Below are positions 24,566-38,206 of a DNA stretch of 64,000 nt, piece after piece. The position numbers and the translations under genes were made by a program. Where the stretch lies: positions 18,848,001 to 18,912,000 of the forward strand of contig NC_043000.1 in NCBI RefSeq assembly GCF_006345805.1. The letters run 5' to 3'. Source of the stretch: Octopus sinensis. Lineage: Eukaryota. How positions within the stretch are numbered: position 1 is the stretch's first letter; each line of letters opens with the position of its first letter. Under the pieces are notes generated by a model that worked only from the letters and a program-made list of their open reading frames with translations, was not told the DNA's origin and searched no databases.

Positions 24566-24599
<34 letters not shown>

Positions 24600-24637
24600 T
24601 GTATGTATGTATGTATATATATATATATATATATATA

Positions 24638-24677
<40 letters not shown>

Positions 24678-24769
24678 CATAGATACACACACACACAATA
24701 TAAAACGCTGATACCTTGTGTATGTGAGTTCGATATTGTTTATATCCCTCGGGCTGCTTCTTATTTACA

Positions 24770-25857
24770 CTTGAATACATTGGGTCATTCCATGTATACA
24801 GAATTCATATTTTTTTCCGTCCAAATGATTTTGAAGACTGTGGAATAAATGATAATAAGTTGGGGCAATGTCCTGTGAATATGGTGGGTGATGCATCATT
24901 TCCCATTCAAACTGCTCCAGTCTCTGGAATGTCAACCTCGCTGCATGTGGCCGAGAATTATTCTGGAGGAAGAACACTTTTCGTCTTGGAACCAAAAATG
25001 GTCGTTTTTCTTCTAGCGTTGACTTAAGCCGTTCAAGCTGCTCGCAGTAGATCTCCTTCGTCTTCGTTTGACTTGGATTTAAAAGTTCAAAGTGAACTAA
25101 ACCTTTCATATCCCACCAAACAAATAACAACACCGTACGTAGGTGAAAGCCATTTTTAGCCTGGGGTGCCAGTGTTTTTCCTTTCCCAAACCCACTATCT
25201 CTGGCACTTGACATTTTTATAGAGAGCCCATTTCTTGTCACCAGTCATTCTTTGGTCCAAAAAAAAAGGTTTAATCGTGAGACGTGACATCAAAGAAGAC
25301 CATATTTTTACTCTCTGAACACAATTAGACTCGGAAAGTTTGTGGGAAACCCGATTGACCCAATTTGCTGACTTTTTCGATGGCACGCAAGTGTCGATGA
25401 ATGGCTGAATGACCAAATCCAAGCTTCCCTGCTAGTTCCTCAACAGGTGCGATGAAATTTTGTTCCACCAGGGTTTGCAGGTCGTCCTCGTTGAGCTCTA
25501 CAGATCTCCCAGGACGAGGCTCGGAATTTCTGGAATCACCGTTGACATTGGCTTTCGCTTATTGTCCGATCCCCATATACTACATTAATATTCCTCGCAC
25601 TTTCCGTTGCATTGTTGCTTTTATTGAACTCATAAATCAAGATATGCCGAATATGCTCCTTTGTCACTTCCATTATAGCTTTGAAAAAATAACTGTTAAA
25701 TCGAACTACATTCTTCAAACCTTGCATTAAGAATAAGTACAAGGTATAATTACTACCTGCTTTTATAGCAAGTTGATGCAGGTAGTTTATCCCGTCTCCT
25801 TCCGACTTTTACTTCATGCAACTGAAAAAAAAGCCTTATTTATGGGGTAACCCAATA
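24770..25857 (-). mobile_element. Mariner (Tc1/mariner) relic, frameshifted transposase, 3' end lost
   Basis: 5' TIR-like TATTGGGTTACCCC at 25857; HTH segment IRHILIYEF; MTGDKKW (first catalytic D region); VWWD; HPPYSQDIAP. Confidence 0.92.
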
Positions 25858-26610
25858 TATATATTTCTATTTATTTCCTATAAATGTCAAAGTCTTTCAT
25901 CTTTGCTTTACCGTCTTTTTAAAATTTGACTGGCTTCTCATTATTATTTTCTTCAAGTTTTTCTGATATGTCGCCCAGTAATATCTTGACTAATTATTAG
26001 ATCTCGTTCTCATTCTAACGGTCCTACAATTTTCTTCATTTTATTTCTTCTCTACCTAACTGACTCCATTCTCTAATGAAATATTTAAACAGTCACTATC
26101 TCTATAATACTTCACTTACATAAATTTCCGAGTCATTGCTGTTTCTCTTCACTTTTCTACTTTCTATTTAATTTCTTCTAATTCCAGGTTCGACAGGAAG
26201 CCACAATGCTTTATAGAACAAGCCTGACCTGTTGTGTTCCACCTATTTTGTTCCAAATTACCAAAGTTTTTTGCCCTGTACTTCTGTTATTTGTTTTGTT
26301 CGTAAGGTAGAATTTGATTATTGACTTGTTTAGTTCCTTTGTTCAAACGGCTTTAATTGGTTTTGTTTGTTCTTGCGTGGGTGTAGTGGCTTGCTGCTTT
26401 CTTTTACATAAACTAGAGGTCTTGTTTGTAGTGCAGTCGAGAAAACCTTATCCGAAATTACTGAGACCGAAAATGTTTTGGATTTCGAATCTTCGGATCA
26501 TTTATATTTTTGCATCTATAAATAGGACACTTTGGGAATGAGCCTCATGTCTAAACGCAACATCCATTTACATTTCAGAATATATATATGCATATATACA
26601 TATACATACA

Positions 26611-26674
<64 letters not shown>

Positions 26675-26699
26675 TTTTTTTTTTTTTGATTTTGATTTT

Positions 26700-28757
26700 G
26701 ATTTTTCTAGTTTCAGCTAATGAGCTGTGGCCATGCTGGGGCACCGCCATTTGGTTTGCTACACGATTTTACCTCACGGATGCTTTTTAGCGAACGCCAT
26801 CTGATGCATGAGAGAGTTCGATGCAGCTGCCCTCATCTGCACTTCCTGCCGTGAAGTTGGTTCATCCGGGACACCTGACAGGAAGAGATCCAGTCCTACT
26901 TTAAAGACATCCGCATCTACACCATGCAGGTCCCTCAGGTTCTTCGGGAGGATATTGAAGAGCTGTGGGCCTCTGAAGCCCAGGCTATCACAATATCTTG
27001 TCCTACATCTTGATGGCAAATTTGGAGTCCTTGGTACTACGCAGTGGCGTCCGGTTCTGGCATTTGTGTGACTCTCGATGCCAAAGTCTGGGACAAGTCC
27101 TTCCAGGATCTTCCAGATATATATTATGGCATATCTTTCTCGCCTACGCTCCAGGAATAGAGCTTTAATCTCTTGAGTCTTTCCAGTAGCTCATATGCTG
27201 CACAGAGGCTATCTTCTTCGTGTAGCTTCGTTGGATCGCCTCAAGTTCTGTGATCAACTTGACACTGGATGGTGACCATAGCTGAGAGCAATAGTCAAAG
27301 TGGCTTAGGACAAGTGTCTTCCAGAGGACCATCATGGTTTCTTGTTCTCTTGTTCTAAAGGTTCTAAGAATCCATCCAGCCAGCCGTCTACATTTCATTG
27401 CCAGTTTAGCAACATGTACATGAAAGGTCGCGTCATCACTCATGTGAATACCTAGGTCACGCACAGTGTATTCATTGGGTATTGCATTCAGTTTTGCATG
27501 CTGATAGTATAAAGCTTGAAACTTTTCAGCATTGAACTGCATGCTATTCTTTTCAGCCCACTTGTATATTTCGTCCAGCTCACATTGCAGGTGCTTAGTG
27601 TCTTCAGGGTTCTGTATTGCCTGTGAAACTTTTGTATCGTCTGCATAACTTGTGATCGTGGCTCTCTGCGTGGCTGAGGGCATGTCAGAGAGGGCCATTA
27701 TGAACAGTAGTGGTCCCAAAACAGTGCCCTGCGGAACACCGCTCACTATTTGCGTTTTAATGGAAGTGGCCCCATTGGCTGATACCACCTGACTTCTATT
27801 CTTCAGAAAGTCATGAAGCCATTCTCCCAATTTTCCAACTATGCCAAGATCACGCAGTTTGTGACATATCATTCCATGATCGACTTTATCAAAGGCCTTT
27901 GCAAAGTCGAGATATATGACTTCCACATTTGAGTGGTTGAGCAGTTGTTTCAGCACCCAGTCATAGTGTTGTAGGAGCTGAGTTAAGCAGCTTCTTCCTG
28001 GTCGGAAACCATGTTGGGTGTCGGGCAGCAAGTCATTTTCTTCAAGGAAGGTGATTAGTTTCCTTCTGACTATTCGTTCCATGACCTTGCTGATGTGTGA
28101 GGTGAGAGAGATAGGTCTGTAGTTCTTTGCCTCTGCTCTGCTACCTCCTTTATGAATAGGGCATATTTTACCTTCCTTCAGTTTTTTTGGAAGTTTGCCA
28201 GCTGCAAGGAAGCTCTGAAAGAGGATCTGCAGTGGTCTTGCTAGGACTCTCTTACATACTTTTAGGAGGATTGCCGGGAATCCATCGGGGCCAGTAGCTG
28301 AGTCTGTTTTCATTTCATCTATGGCCTTTATTACATCGTCTTCCTTTATATCGATGTAATTTATCGTCGCCGCCTCTGATTTTATATCTGCAGTGGTAAA
28401 GAAGTCAGTTGGATTGGTGATTTGGAAATGCCCGAGGGGCGGAGTGAAAACACTCTTGAATTGCTCATTCAGTATTTCACTTACCCTAATTGGTTTTCCT
28501 GTGAGTGTGCCATCCTTTTCAAGGAGTGGCCCTATCCTACAGTGCACCGTAGCTGTTTCTTTGGCATACCTGTAGAAAGCTCTGGGGTTAGATTTTATGT
28601 TGTCTATAGCCCAGGCTTCTTTGTCTGCTCTTTCCTTTTCATGGGAGAGTTGCAGACATTTTTCAATTTCCAACAGTTTTATTTTCAGGCGGGTTTTTCA
28701 CTGCTTTCAATCTGTTTGTTTAGGCGATTTGAAATTTTTGTACGCCGTCTCATTAAA
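26700..28757 (-). mobile_element. 5'-truncated CR1/L2-group LINE (RT domain, frameshifted C-terminus, 3' stem-loop tail)
   Basis: NYRPISLTS, YLDFAKAFDKVDH, GVPQGTVLGPLLF, YADDT in the 502-aa ORF 27165-28673; 3' tail ggcggtgccccagcatggccacagctcattagctgaaactag. Confidence 0.92.
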
Positions 28758-28769
28758 ATTTTATATATA

Positions 28770-29130
28770 TATATTGTTATATTTCGGAATGGTCATCTTG
28801 CCAGTTTAGCCAATAAAAACACATAGAGATATAAGCATGCGCAAATGAAGACATACAATACAAATACAAAATGGCTGACGGTTAGTAAGGAGAGACACAA
28901 ATAAGAAAGAAGAAAACAAAGGACCACTGATGCGGTCACAGGAGTGTGACGAAAGAACTCTGGCCGAAATAAGATTAAGATTAATGTAAAAAATAAATAA
29001 CACTGAAGCAAAATAACACCGAATATATAGTGCGTTTGTTTTTATTGGCTAAACTGGCAATATGACCATTCCGAAATATAACAATATCTGTGTCAACACA
29101 CGACTTCACATAAAAAATCTTGCACAACAA
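28770..29130 (+). mobile_element. Solo PLE pseudo-LTR with an inverted ~50-bp 5' copy
   Basis: Same family as 8455-8790 and 9999-10240. About 28772-28820 is the reverse complement of about 29035-29085. Confidence 0.88.
28921..28965 (+). ncRNA. Minimal type I hammerhead-like motif with variant core, pseudo-LTR copy 3
   Basis: Identical to 10083-10127. Confidence 0.6.
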
Positions 29131-29140
29131 ATATTTAAAC

Positions 29141-29216
<76 letters not shown>

Positions 29217-29584
29217 ATGTCTCTGTGTGTGTATACTCTGAATGTATTTTTGTATAATTTTTAATAATTAAAAAAAAATATATTATACCATTAGAGAGAT
29301 AAGATATCAGTCTCGACCTATGTTGTCATATTTTGATTAAAAAGTTAGAGTACACGTACATCGTCTGTATTATACTGCTCTGTATTATATTTTGTGGGTA
29401 GCACTGAACATGATTACAGGTAAATAAAATGAAAATAACAACACATAACAGATGTAGTTGGTGAAAACTTTCTAGCACTTTGTTGAATTTTTCATTGATG
29501 GCGTCTCATCTCAGCATTCAAAACCTTTTCGGATTTAGAGTTTTCAGACTTTGGAACAAAGGACTTTCAACTGAAATATATATT

Positions 29585-29775
29585 CCTTTACTGCCCACAA
29601 GGGGCTAAACATAGAGGGGACAAACAAGGACAGACAAACGGATAAAGTTGATTACATCAACCCCAGTGCGTAACTGGTACTTAATTTATCGACCTCGAAA
29701 GGATGAAAGGCAAAGTCGACCTCGGCGGAATTTGAACTCAGAACGTAACGACAGACGAAATACCGCTAAGCATTT
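29585..29775 (-). mobile_element. SINE family A body
   Basis: Reverse complement of the family-A body. Confidence 0.88.
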
Positions 29776-29849
29776 TGAACTACCAATAAACAGTAACATA
29801 ACAGCTACCATCAATCACAGCTACACCATGCTGCGGCATATATATATAT

Positions 29850-30085
29850 ATATGATGTGTGTGTGTGTATGTGTTTGTGTGTCTGTGTTTGTCCCCCTAG
29901 CATTGCTTGACAACCGATGCTGGTGTGTTTACGTCCCCGTCACTTAGCGGTTCGGCAAAAGAGACCGATAGAATAAGTACTGGGCTTACAAAGAATAAAT
30001 CCCGGGGTCGATTTGCTCGACTAAAGGCGGTGCTCCAGCATGGCCGCAGTCAAATGACTGAAACAAGTAAAAGAGTAAAGAGTAT
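29850..30085 (+). mobile_element. SINE family B, 3' half
   Basis: Ends aaggcggtgctccagcatggccgcagtcaaatgactgaaacaagtaaaagagtaaagag. Confidence 0.9.
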
Positions 30086-30699
30086 ATAGGGACAAATATT
30101 TCTTCTGAGTTTAGCTTTAGATCTTCTAGTACCGTTCAGTGCATGGACAGCACGTTTCCACTACTGGGTTTGGTCAACTGCACACCCATTCCACGTAATG
30201 CTGACTGTCTTTGGGTCAACTTCTGCCTGACTCTTTTACGGTGGTATCCAAGTCATATATTACAGATTGTTTATCCAGAAATCTGATTCCTATCTCTGAT
30301 GGCTGAATAAATTGAGATAATGCATTCATCTTATAAATAGTGACCTGTTAAAATTGTCTCTAATTTAAGCAAAAAAGCCAAACGTTTTGACGGGATGCGT
30401 TAATTGATATTATCGACCATAATACTTAACTAATACTTTATTTTGTCACGACCCAAAAGGGATGAAATGCAAAGTTAACCTCAGTGGGAATTGAACTGAG
30501 GTGGTAAGGAAACAAGGCATTTTTTCCGATACAGTTTCGGATCTCATAACTTCGTGACTTCTTAAAATAAGAGCTAAATACCTTCACTGCGTTTGAACTC
30601 GAAACCTACGAGCAGTTTAATATTGTAGGAATTTGTCGCTTTTTCTCAACGATGAATAAGAAATATAAATATTTATTTATCACACGCAGTACCATTAAA

Positions 30700-31340
30700 C
30701 ACACACACACATACATACATACATACATACATGCATACATACATACATACATACATACATGCATGCATGCATGCATACATACATACATACATACATACAT
30801 ACATACATACATACATACATACATAGACACATACATACATAGACAAAAACATACATATATAGGCACAAATGTACTCACACATACATACATGCATACATAC
30901 ATACATACATACATACATACATACATACATACATACATACATACATACATACATACCTACATACATACATACATAGACACACATGTACTCACACATACAT
31001 ACATACATACATGCATACATACATACATACATGCATACATACATACATACATACATACATACATACATACATGCATACATACATACATACACACATACAT
31101 ACATGCATACATACATACATACATACATGCATACATACATACATACATACACACATACATGCATACATACATACATACATACATACATACATACATACAC
31201 ACATACGTACATGCATACATGCATACATACATAGACACAAATGTACTCACACATACATACCTACATACATACATACATACATACATACATACATGAATAC
31301 ATCCATCCATCCATCCATCCATCCTTACATACATACATAT
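30700..31340. repeat. Long (TACA)n compound microsatellite
   Basis: Seen directly in sequence; source of the HTYI/MYVC ORFs. Confidence 0.95.
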
Positions 31341-32109
31341 GCATCAATGTATGTGTGTGTTTGTGAGTGTGTGTGTATGTGTGCGTGTGTGTGTGTGTAT
31401 GTCCTATGCATGCGTATGTGTTTAAACATTGTCGGCTGCTTCGGGATGTATTCCTATCACCCTCTCCCCATGTTTCAAAGCACATCACGTATCGCATACA
31501 CTTTAATCTGACATTAATTACCACGATAGAAACTCATAGGGATTATTTTCTTCAGATTCAGACAAGTGAATTAACAATCGATCACAGTCAGATGCTTAGT
31601 CTTGCAATGTTGCTAGCCAAAGACATTTGTTTCAAGACACGTAACCATATACGGCTGGACACACTTAAATAACCTCTTCGTGTGTGTGCGCGTATGCGTG
31701 TATGTATGTGTATGTGAATGTGTGTGTGTGTGTGTGTGTTAGTGAGACATGAATGTGTATGTATGTGTGTGCGTGTAAGTGATAGTGTTTGTTCTTGCTT
31801 GTGTATTTATTAATGTATATACGTTGTTTGAGATCTTATAATTGACAATGTGTCAGTGATATTTTTGCACACACAAACACACGCACACAAACACAAACAC
31901 ATATACGCACATACGCACACTCATATACACTTACACACACACAATCACACACATATACGTATATTCCTCTGATTTTGTTGTTTTATCGTCTTAACCCCTT
32001 CGCATGTGCGCGTATGTATGTATATTTGTTACTGCAGATGTGTACAGGTGTGTACGTATGTGTGTGTTTGTGAGTGAAAATGTATGTCCTTGTATGTATG
32101 TCTATCAGT

Positions 32110-32500
32110 GTATGTATGTTCTTAAGCTTGCTTTTCAACCACACGGTTCTGAGTTCAAACCCACTGCATTGCACCTTGGGCAACTATCTTCTATAGCAGG
32201 TCAAAGCCTAATGAGTGGATATGTGTGTGTGTGTGTGTGTGTTGTGTGTGTGTGTGTGTGTGTTTGTGTGTGTGTGTACCTATGTGTGTATATCCTTGTC
32301 TGCATATTTCCTCCCTACCGGTGTTGGTTTGTTTATGCCCCCGTAAATTAGCGGTTTGGCAAAAACAGGAGGATAAAATAAGTACCAGACTTTACGAATA
32401 ATAATAATAAGCACTGGGGGGGGGGGCGCAATTTGCTCCTCGACAAGACGGAGCACCAACATGGCAGTGCCTCATCATGGTCGCAGTCCAATGACTCAAA
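32110..32500 (+). mobile_element. Diverged full-length SINE family B
   Basis: Degenerate head, central (TG)n and tail gcaccaacatggcagt...gcagtccaatgactcaaac. Confidence 0.7.
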
Positions 32501-33378
32501 CAAAAGATATGCATATATTCCACTTGTTTAATTTTTTTTACTGTCTCACCAATAAAGAAAGTGCTGCTTCCAAACTCGGAAGCAAGGCTTTAGTCAGAAT
32601 TTTTACATTGTTTAGATATTCGGATAGCTATGTCTGTCTGTTTGTCTATCTGTCTGTCTGTCTGTATGTATGTATCTATGTATATCATTATTCAATTTTA
32701 TTTCAAGATTTCTTGTCAATAGAGAAAGAACCGGTTTCTGACCTAGATCCAAGACTCTTTCATTGGAATTTCAACATCAACAACAGGGTAGTTTTGTATG
32801 TATGCATGTATGTATGTTTCGAGGTGTTTGCCTCTTATGAATGTGGAGTAGCCGAATCCAGAAGGCGTCGCTGCTGACCGACTGTTCGAAGGATTATTTA
32901 CCTAAATTCAGTGGAAACTACTCCGTGGATGCCAAACCAGCAAGGGGAAGCTGCTGACCACCCCTGTTCGAAGGTTATAATGGACACAGGTTTGCGTGTC
33001 ACATAGCTAGACAGAGGCGATGGCCGCTTGGAGCTAATCAACGGCAGCATTCGTCCTATTTTTCTGGATTTCCATATTAGCTTGGCGATAACTATGAATA
33101 TCCAGTACCGCTGCCGTAGTCCTCCTTAGAGAGAATTAGAAGTAATGATATTTATATTTTAAAAAGTTATCAAGTATTTGTTAATAGATATAAATTACCA
33201 AGAAACATTACAAATATACTTTAAGCTAACTTTTTTCGAACAACGAAACGAGACAGGCAACATAAAGAACATTCCCTTCATCAGTTGTCCCCTTTTTTTA
33301 TCTACTCCGCGTTTGGAAGGTAGGGACAAGACGCGACTTCGTTAAAACAGTCCTTCCCGCAAAGCACATATATATATA

Positions 33379-34222
33379 CTAGCAGAATTGCCCGGCGTTG
33401 CTCGGGGCTGAATTGCTTGAAAGTACTGTTAATGATTGCACTGAATTATGATGATTATTCAGGCAAATATTGATATAAGTTTACGGTGGGAGATAAGGAC
33501 TTAACGATCAAACGTGTGCCATTGCATTGTTTTGGGGGAATCAAATTTCTGATGAGCATTATAGGGGCACCAACTTTAAGTTTGAGAAAATGTGGGGGTA
33601 GTCCGGGGTGCTCAAAGGAATTGAGTACCTCTATTGGATAGTTGATGACATCCTCTGGGTCAGGAGTTGTATCGATAGACTGATATACATAGACTTCCCC
33701 AGGAATGAGTTTTAGCATTTCATCATTAATGGGTGAACAGTTTTATTCCTCGGGGCCAGTATAGCCTTTTTGCCAATCCAATCCATATTCTGATAATTAG
33801 CTTGTAGATCTGGGAACACTGCATCTCTGAGATCAGAAGGCGTCTTAACAATGGTACAAATGGAATCGATGGCAATATTACCATTTTCATCCCCTGGTAT
33901 TTTGCCTTCGCAAGTGCAAGGAGGGTGTGAGGAAATGCTGCTGATGTGATATTACGTCGCATATGAGCACGCATATTGGTGTGAAGTTTGAGAGTTACTT
34001 CCCTTATTTTAAAAAATATGCATTAAAATGGAAAAAAATGATGGTAAATTATTTGTAAAATCATAGACTCATCGTAGACGCGCGCTAATACCCAGAAGGG
34101 CTCGATATGAATCACGACTATAAGATACCCGGTTTTGGTTAAACTGCATCGCAAAATGTGGGAGTAGTTAGGAATCTAAATCGGAGTAGACAGACACACA
34201 ACCTTTCTTTTATATATAAATA
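33379..34222 (-). mobile_element. Helitron deletion derivative with a Pif1-like helicase remnant
   Basis: Shares its 5' ~200 bp with 554-928 and 2769-3065; 3' hairpin plus CTAG at 33379. Translation: IPGEVYVYQSID...GLPPHFLKLKVGAPIMLIRNL...CNGTRL. Confidence 0.92.
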
Positions 34223-34921
34223 TTTTCGTCCTAAAATATTTATATGGATTGAAATATTTGTATGGATTGAATGGTTACCTCTATGGAAATATACACACGC
34301 ACATTATACATACATGTGTGTATAGATGAATATATAAATACATTTAAATATCTATATACACTTTTGGGCGATCTTTCTGTTTCTTAGAGATAACTTTAGA
34401 TCTTATTTTCGTCCTAAAAAACTTTGTATGGAGTGAATGGTTACCTCTATGGAAATATATACACACACGTTATACATACATGTGTGCATAGATGAATATA
34501 TAAATACATTTATATATCTATATACACTTTTGGGCGATCTTTGTGCTACTTAGAGATAACTTTAGATCTTATTTTCGTCCTAAAACACTTTGTGCGGAGT
34601 GAATGGTTACGTCTATGGAAATATATACACACACATTATACATACATCTGTGTATAGATGAATATATAAATACATTTAAATATCTATATACACTTTTGGG
34701 CGATCTTTGTGCTACTTGTATATACTTTAGATCTTATATTCGTCCTAAAAAACTTTGTATGGAGTGAAAGGTTACCTCTATGGAAATATATACACACACA
34801 TTATACATACATCTGTGTATAGATGATATATAAATACATTTAAATATCTATAATACACTTTTGGGCGATCTTTCTGCTACTTGGATATACTTTAGGACTT
34901 ATATTCGTCCTAAAAAACTTT
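34223..34921. repeat. Minisatellite/satellite array, ~165-bp unit, about 4.1 copies
   Basis: The marker cgtcctaaaa recurs at 34227, 34410, 34576, 34741 and 34906. Confidence 0.95.
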
Positions 34922-35605
34922 CCTGTCACACACTCACGCACACGCACCACACATACACACCCACGCACCCTCACACCACACACCACACACAACACACACT
35001 CACACACACGCACACACACACACACTCACACACCACACACACACACAACACACACACGTTAGCTTACAATTTTATTTATATATTTGCGTGTCTATGTGTG
35101 TAAAGAGGAAGTGGGAATGCAGAGTGAAAGAGTCACTCACTACAAAAGTGAATTACTTTCACTTTATTCGTTGCACACTGTGTGTGTGCGTGTGCTGTAG
35201 CCCACACTAAGAAAAGCATTTGACTTATACACCACAATGTGAGTTTTCTCTAAATTTTGCTTAATTGGGGTTGAAATTTTAAAAACTGGACCTGGCAAGA
35301 CCCGATGCATTCTACTCTTAAAAATGCTAGGTAAATTGTAATTGAAGAAATCCTATATTGTAGATTTCTATAAGAGACAAAAGGAGGCAGATCAAATCTG
35401 CCTTTTATAATAAGAGATATGATAGACCGGTAGCTACTACACACATTTTTTCTCTCCCCTTGTTTCTTTCTGCGTTCCTTTCCGTGGAAGAGCGTAGGTT
35501 CGAAATGTTAAAGACCTTTTCAATTCCCGAGCGTTATACTAGTACATTTGTTGTTTTTCAACACCAACCGTCCCTTCGTCTTTTATCTTTTTCGTGAATC
35601 TCCTC

Positions 35606-35650
<45 letters not shown>

Positions 35651-35668
35651 TATATATATATATATATA

Positions 35669-35712
<44 letters not shown>

Positions 35713-36199
35713 CTGTTTATATGTTTGTACTGTCGTTACCGTCTTGCTTTTTTTTACCCCTCTGCGAAAAGATCTCAGAATTTTAATTGATTTGCTTTTC
35801 GCGGGAAGGAAGTTTCTTCGAAGGTATAACGTCTCGCTTTTTATCCTTCGAAACGTTTAGTAGATGAAACCTTAGCGACTGAAGAAGGGGATTTTTCGTT
35901 GTGCTTATTGTCCTGTATCTCTCTCTTTTTTTGCTTGTCTTGTCCTTGGTTTGTGTCTATGTGTTTCGTCTCTCTATGTGTTCGACGGTCTTTTTTGGTG
36001 TCCCGTACACATATATGCGTGTATATGTACATGTAGATGTAGGTACGTACATATATGTTTATATATATGCATATGTTCTATTTTATTAACATATTATACG
36101 ACTAAACGCAACGCACCCTAATAAGTAAGATTGTTCTGTTTATCAAGTTAGCCTTGATATTAACTCTCACGCGACTCTGCATCTTTCTTTCTTTCTCCC

Positions 36200-36816
36200 A
36201 TTCCCTTTTCGTCTTTTGCAGAGTCCAGTATGTCCTGAGCGATTTCCAAGCATCTACAGCTCCGCCAGCCCCGTGGGACGAATTTCGCCGACACATTCTG
36301 AGCGCACAAATTCTCCGTTAAAATGGAATGCACTGATCGTTTGCTAAGACCCACCTCAGGGTCAGTTAAAGGTTGCTATACAACGGTCTTCTATGACTAT
36401 TCGCCGAATATTCTCAATCGGTTCCTCGTTTCGGTTCTTGGATGCCCTGCCTGAGTGTGTCTCGCTTCTCCACTGTGATGTGGACATGTTTGAAGCGGTT
36501 GTACTACTCCTTGACCTGAGTTTTACCCATGGCATCATCGCGAAAGGCCTGCTTAATCTTCTGGTTGGTTTAGGCTTGAGTATCACCAATCTTTTGGCAA
36601 AACTTGATGCGTTCGGTGAAAACAAACATCCGACAAGCGCGCACTACGCATCTGTCCTCTAGATGTAACGGGTGGAAAATGACGTGGCCTATCGATGTCG
36701 AAATATTCACGGATGCGCAGGAACGGTAGCGTCACCTCCAGACCAAACCACTTTGCCCAAGCAGTGTTAGTTTTAGCAGGAATAAATAAAATCGGATCCT
36801 TTTTGAATATACCTCG
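36200..36816 (-). mobile_element. Mariner relic, 5' part only
   Basis: TA|CGAGGTATATTCAAAAAG TIR-like end at 36816; frameshifted HTH region and SAKFVPR (WVPR-like linker). Confidence 0.8.
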
Positions 36817-37454
36817 TATTATTAATACACACACAGACACACACACGCACGTACACACACACACATATATATATACAAGTGTATATTTACATATATGTAC
36901 ACACCCACATATATATATAGCAAGGTGGGGAGGGAGAAAGAGAAATTAGGAGACGTATATAAATGTATCATTCATATATACACACTGATTGTTGATTTGA
37001 ATAGAAGAACATTGTCTTGAGGCTAGCTTTTCTACATTGGAGAGAAATTCGAAATATTACGTTATATAGACACACACGCACACACGTGTGTGTGTACGTG
37101 CGCGTGTGTGTATGGCAGCACACCTTTGATGCAAGGCTGACGGGGTGCCTCACTAATGTCTAAAACGCAGACTTTACGAAAATTTTCATTTCGAAATTTT
37201 GTGTAAACTGGCGCTGCAAATAGAGTTAGTATAGAAACAATTGTAACGAATCTATAAAGATGTGTTAAAGAATTTTATTTGCCTTCTTCTTATCATTTGG
37301 ATTATTTACCCTTCGGTGTAGTCGACGTGAAACTTGGATTTTCTACACCCAATGAATTCCGGCTTTGGCCTGTAGTCCGACCGTGTTGATGGCCCACTAT
37401 TCGGCTTGGGTGCTTCTCTGGAAATATCCTAACCATTACACCCTATCAGGACCT

Positions 37455-37500
<46 letters not shown>

Positions 37501-37560
37501 ATATATATAATATATATATATATATAATAATATATATATATACATACATACATACGTATA

Positions 37561-37591
<31 letters not shown>

Positions 37592-38206
37592 TACACACAC
37601 ATACATATATAAGCATGCATATATACTTTTATATATGTATGGAGGAAGTTTTCGATTACTACAGTTGTTTCAAAAAGCGTATGGGGTGCATCTTGCATAA
37701 CATTACCAACGTCTTGTAGCCGTCTAGTGTACTTTTTCATCAGGTATATATGACTGCTTAGTTGAAAAGTAGCCCGTCTGCACCTAATGTACTTTTGAAA
37801 CAGCTTTAGGATTCGATAATCTCTTCCACCACTTTTATTTACAGATTTGATTATCGCATTGTCAGTAATATTTATTGCTTTTAAACAGGAGTTGAACGGC
37901 ATCTGTCATTTTACTGGAATTTTCTGTCACATACGATATTGTACGAACTGTATTTGATGCATTGATTAATAAATATTATTCACTACTTATCTCTATTTTC
38001 TATACAGATGAGACTAACCAACTTCGTTTTACCAAGATCACTCGACTGATCCTACTACATTATTAAATTAATATGTATGTATGTATGTATATATGTATAC
38101 ACACACACACAAATATATATGGAAAGAGAGAGAAAGTAAGGGGAGAGAGTGAGGAAAAGAGAGGGAGAGAGAAGGAAAGAGAGAGGAATATATATATTTA
38201 TATATA

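Noticed and set aside
30606-31524. Long HTYI/MYVC and IY-rich ORFs (also about 7.5, 24.3, 39, 42.3 and 58 kb)
   Set aside because: Stop-free microsatellites, not genes.
34400-34420. GGACGAAA on the minus strand of the 165-bp satellite
   Set aside because: No upstream CTGANGA-GTCC, and GAAA is not conserved across units.
37640-38040. Possible exons or PLE tail with CTGATGA at about 37738-37744 minus
   Set aside because: Several splice-like sites but no coherent frame; the hammerhead second half is degenerate.
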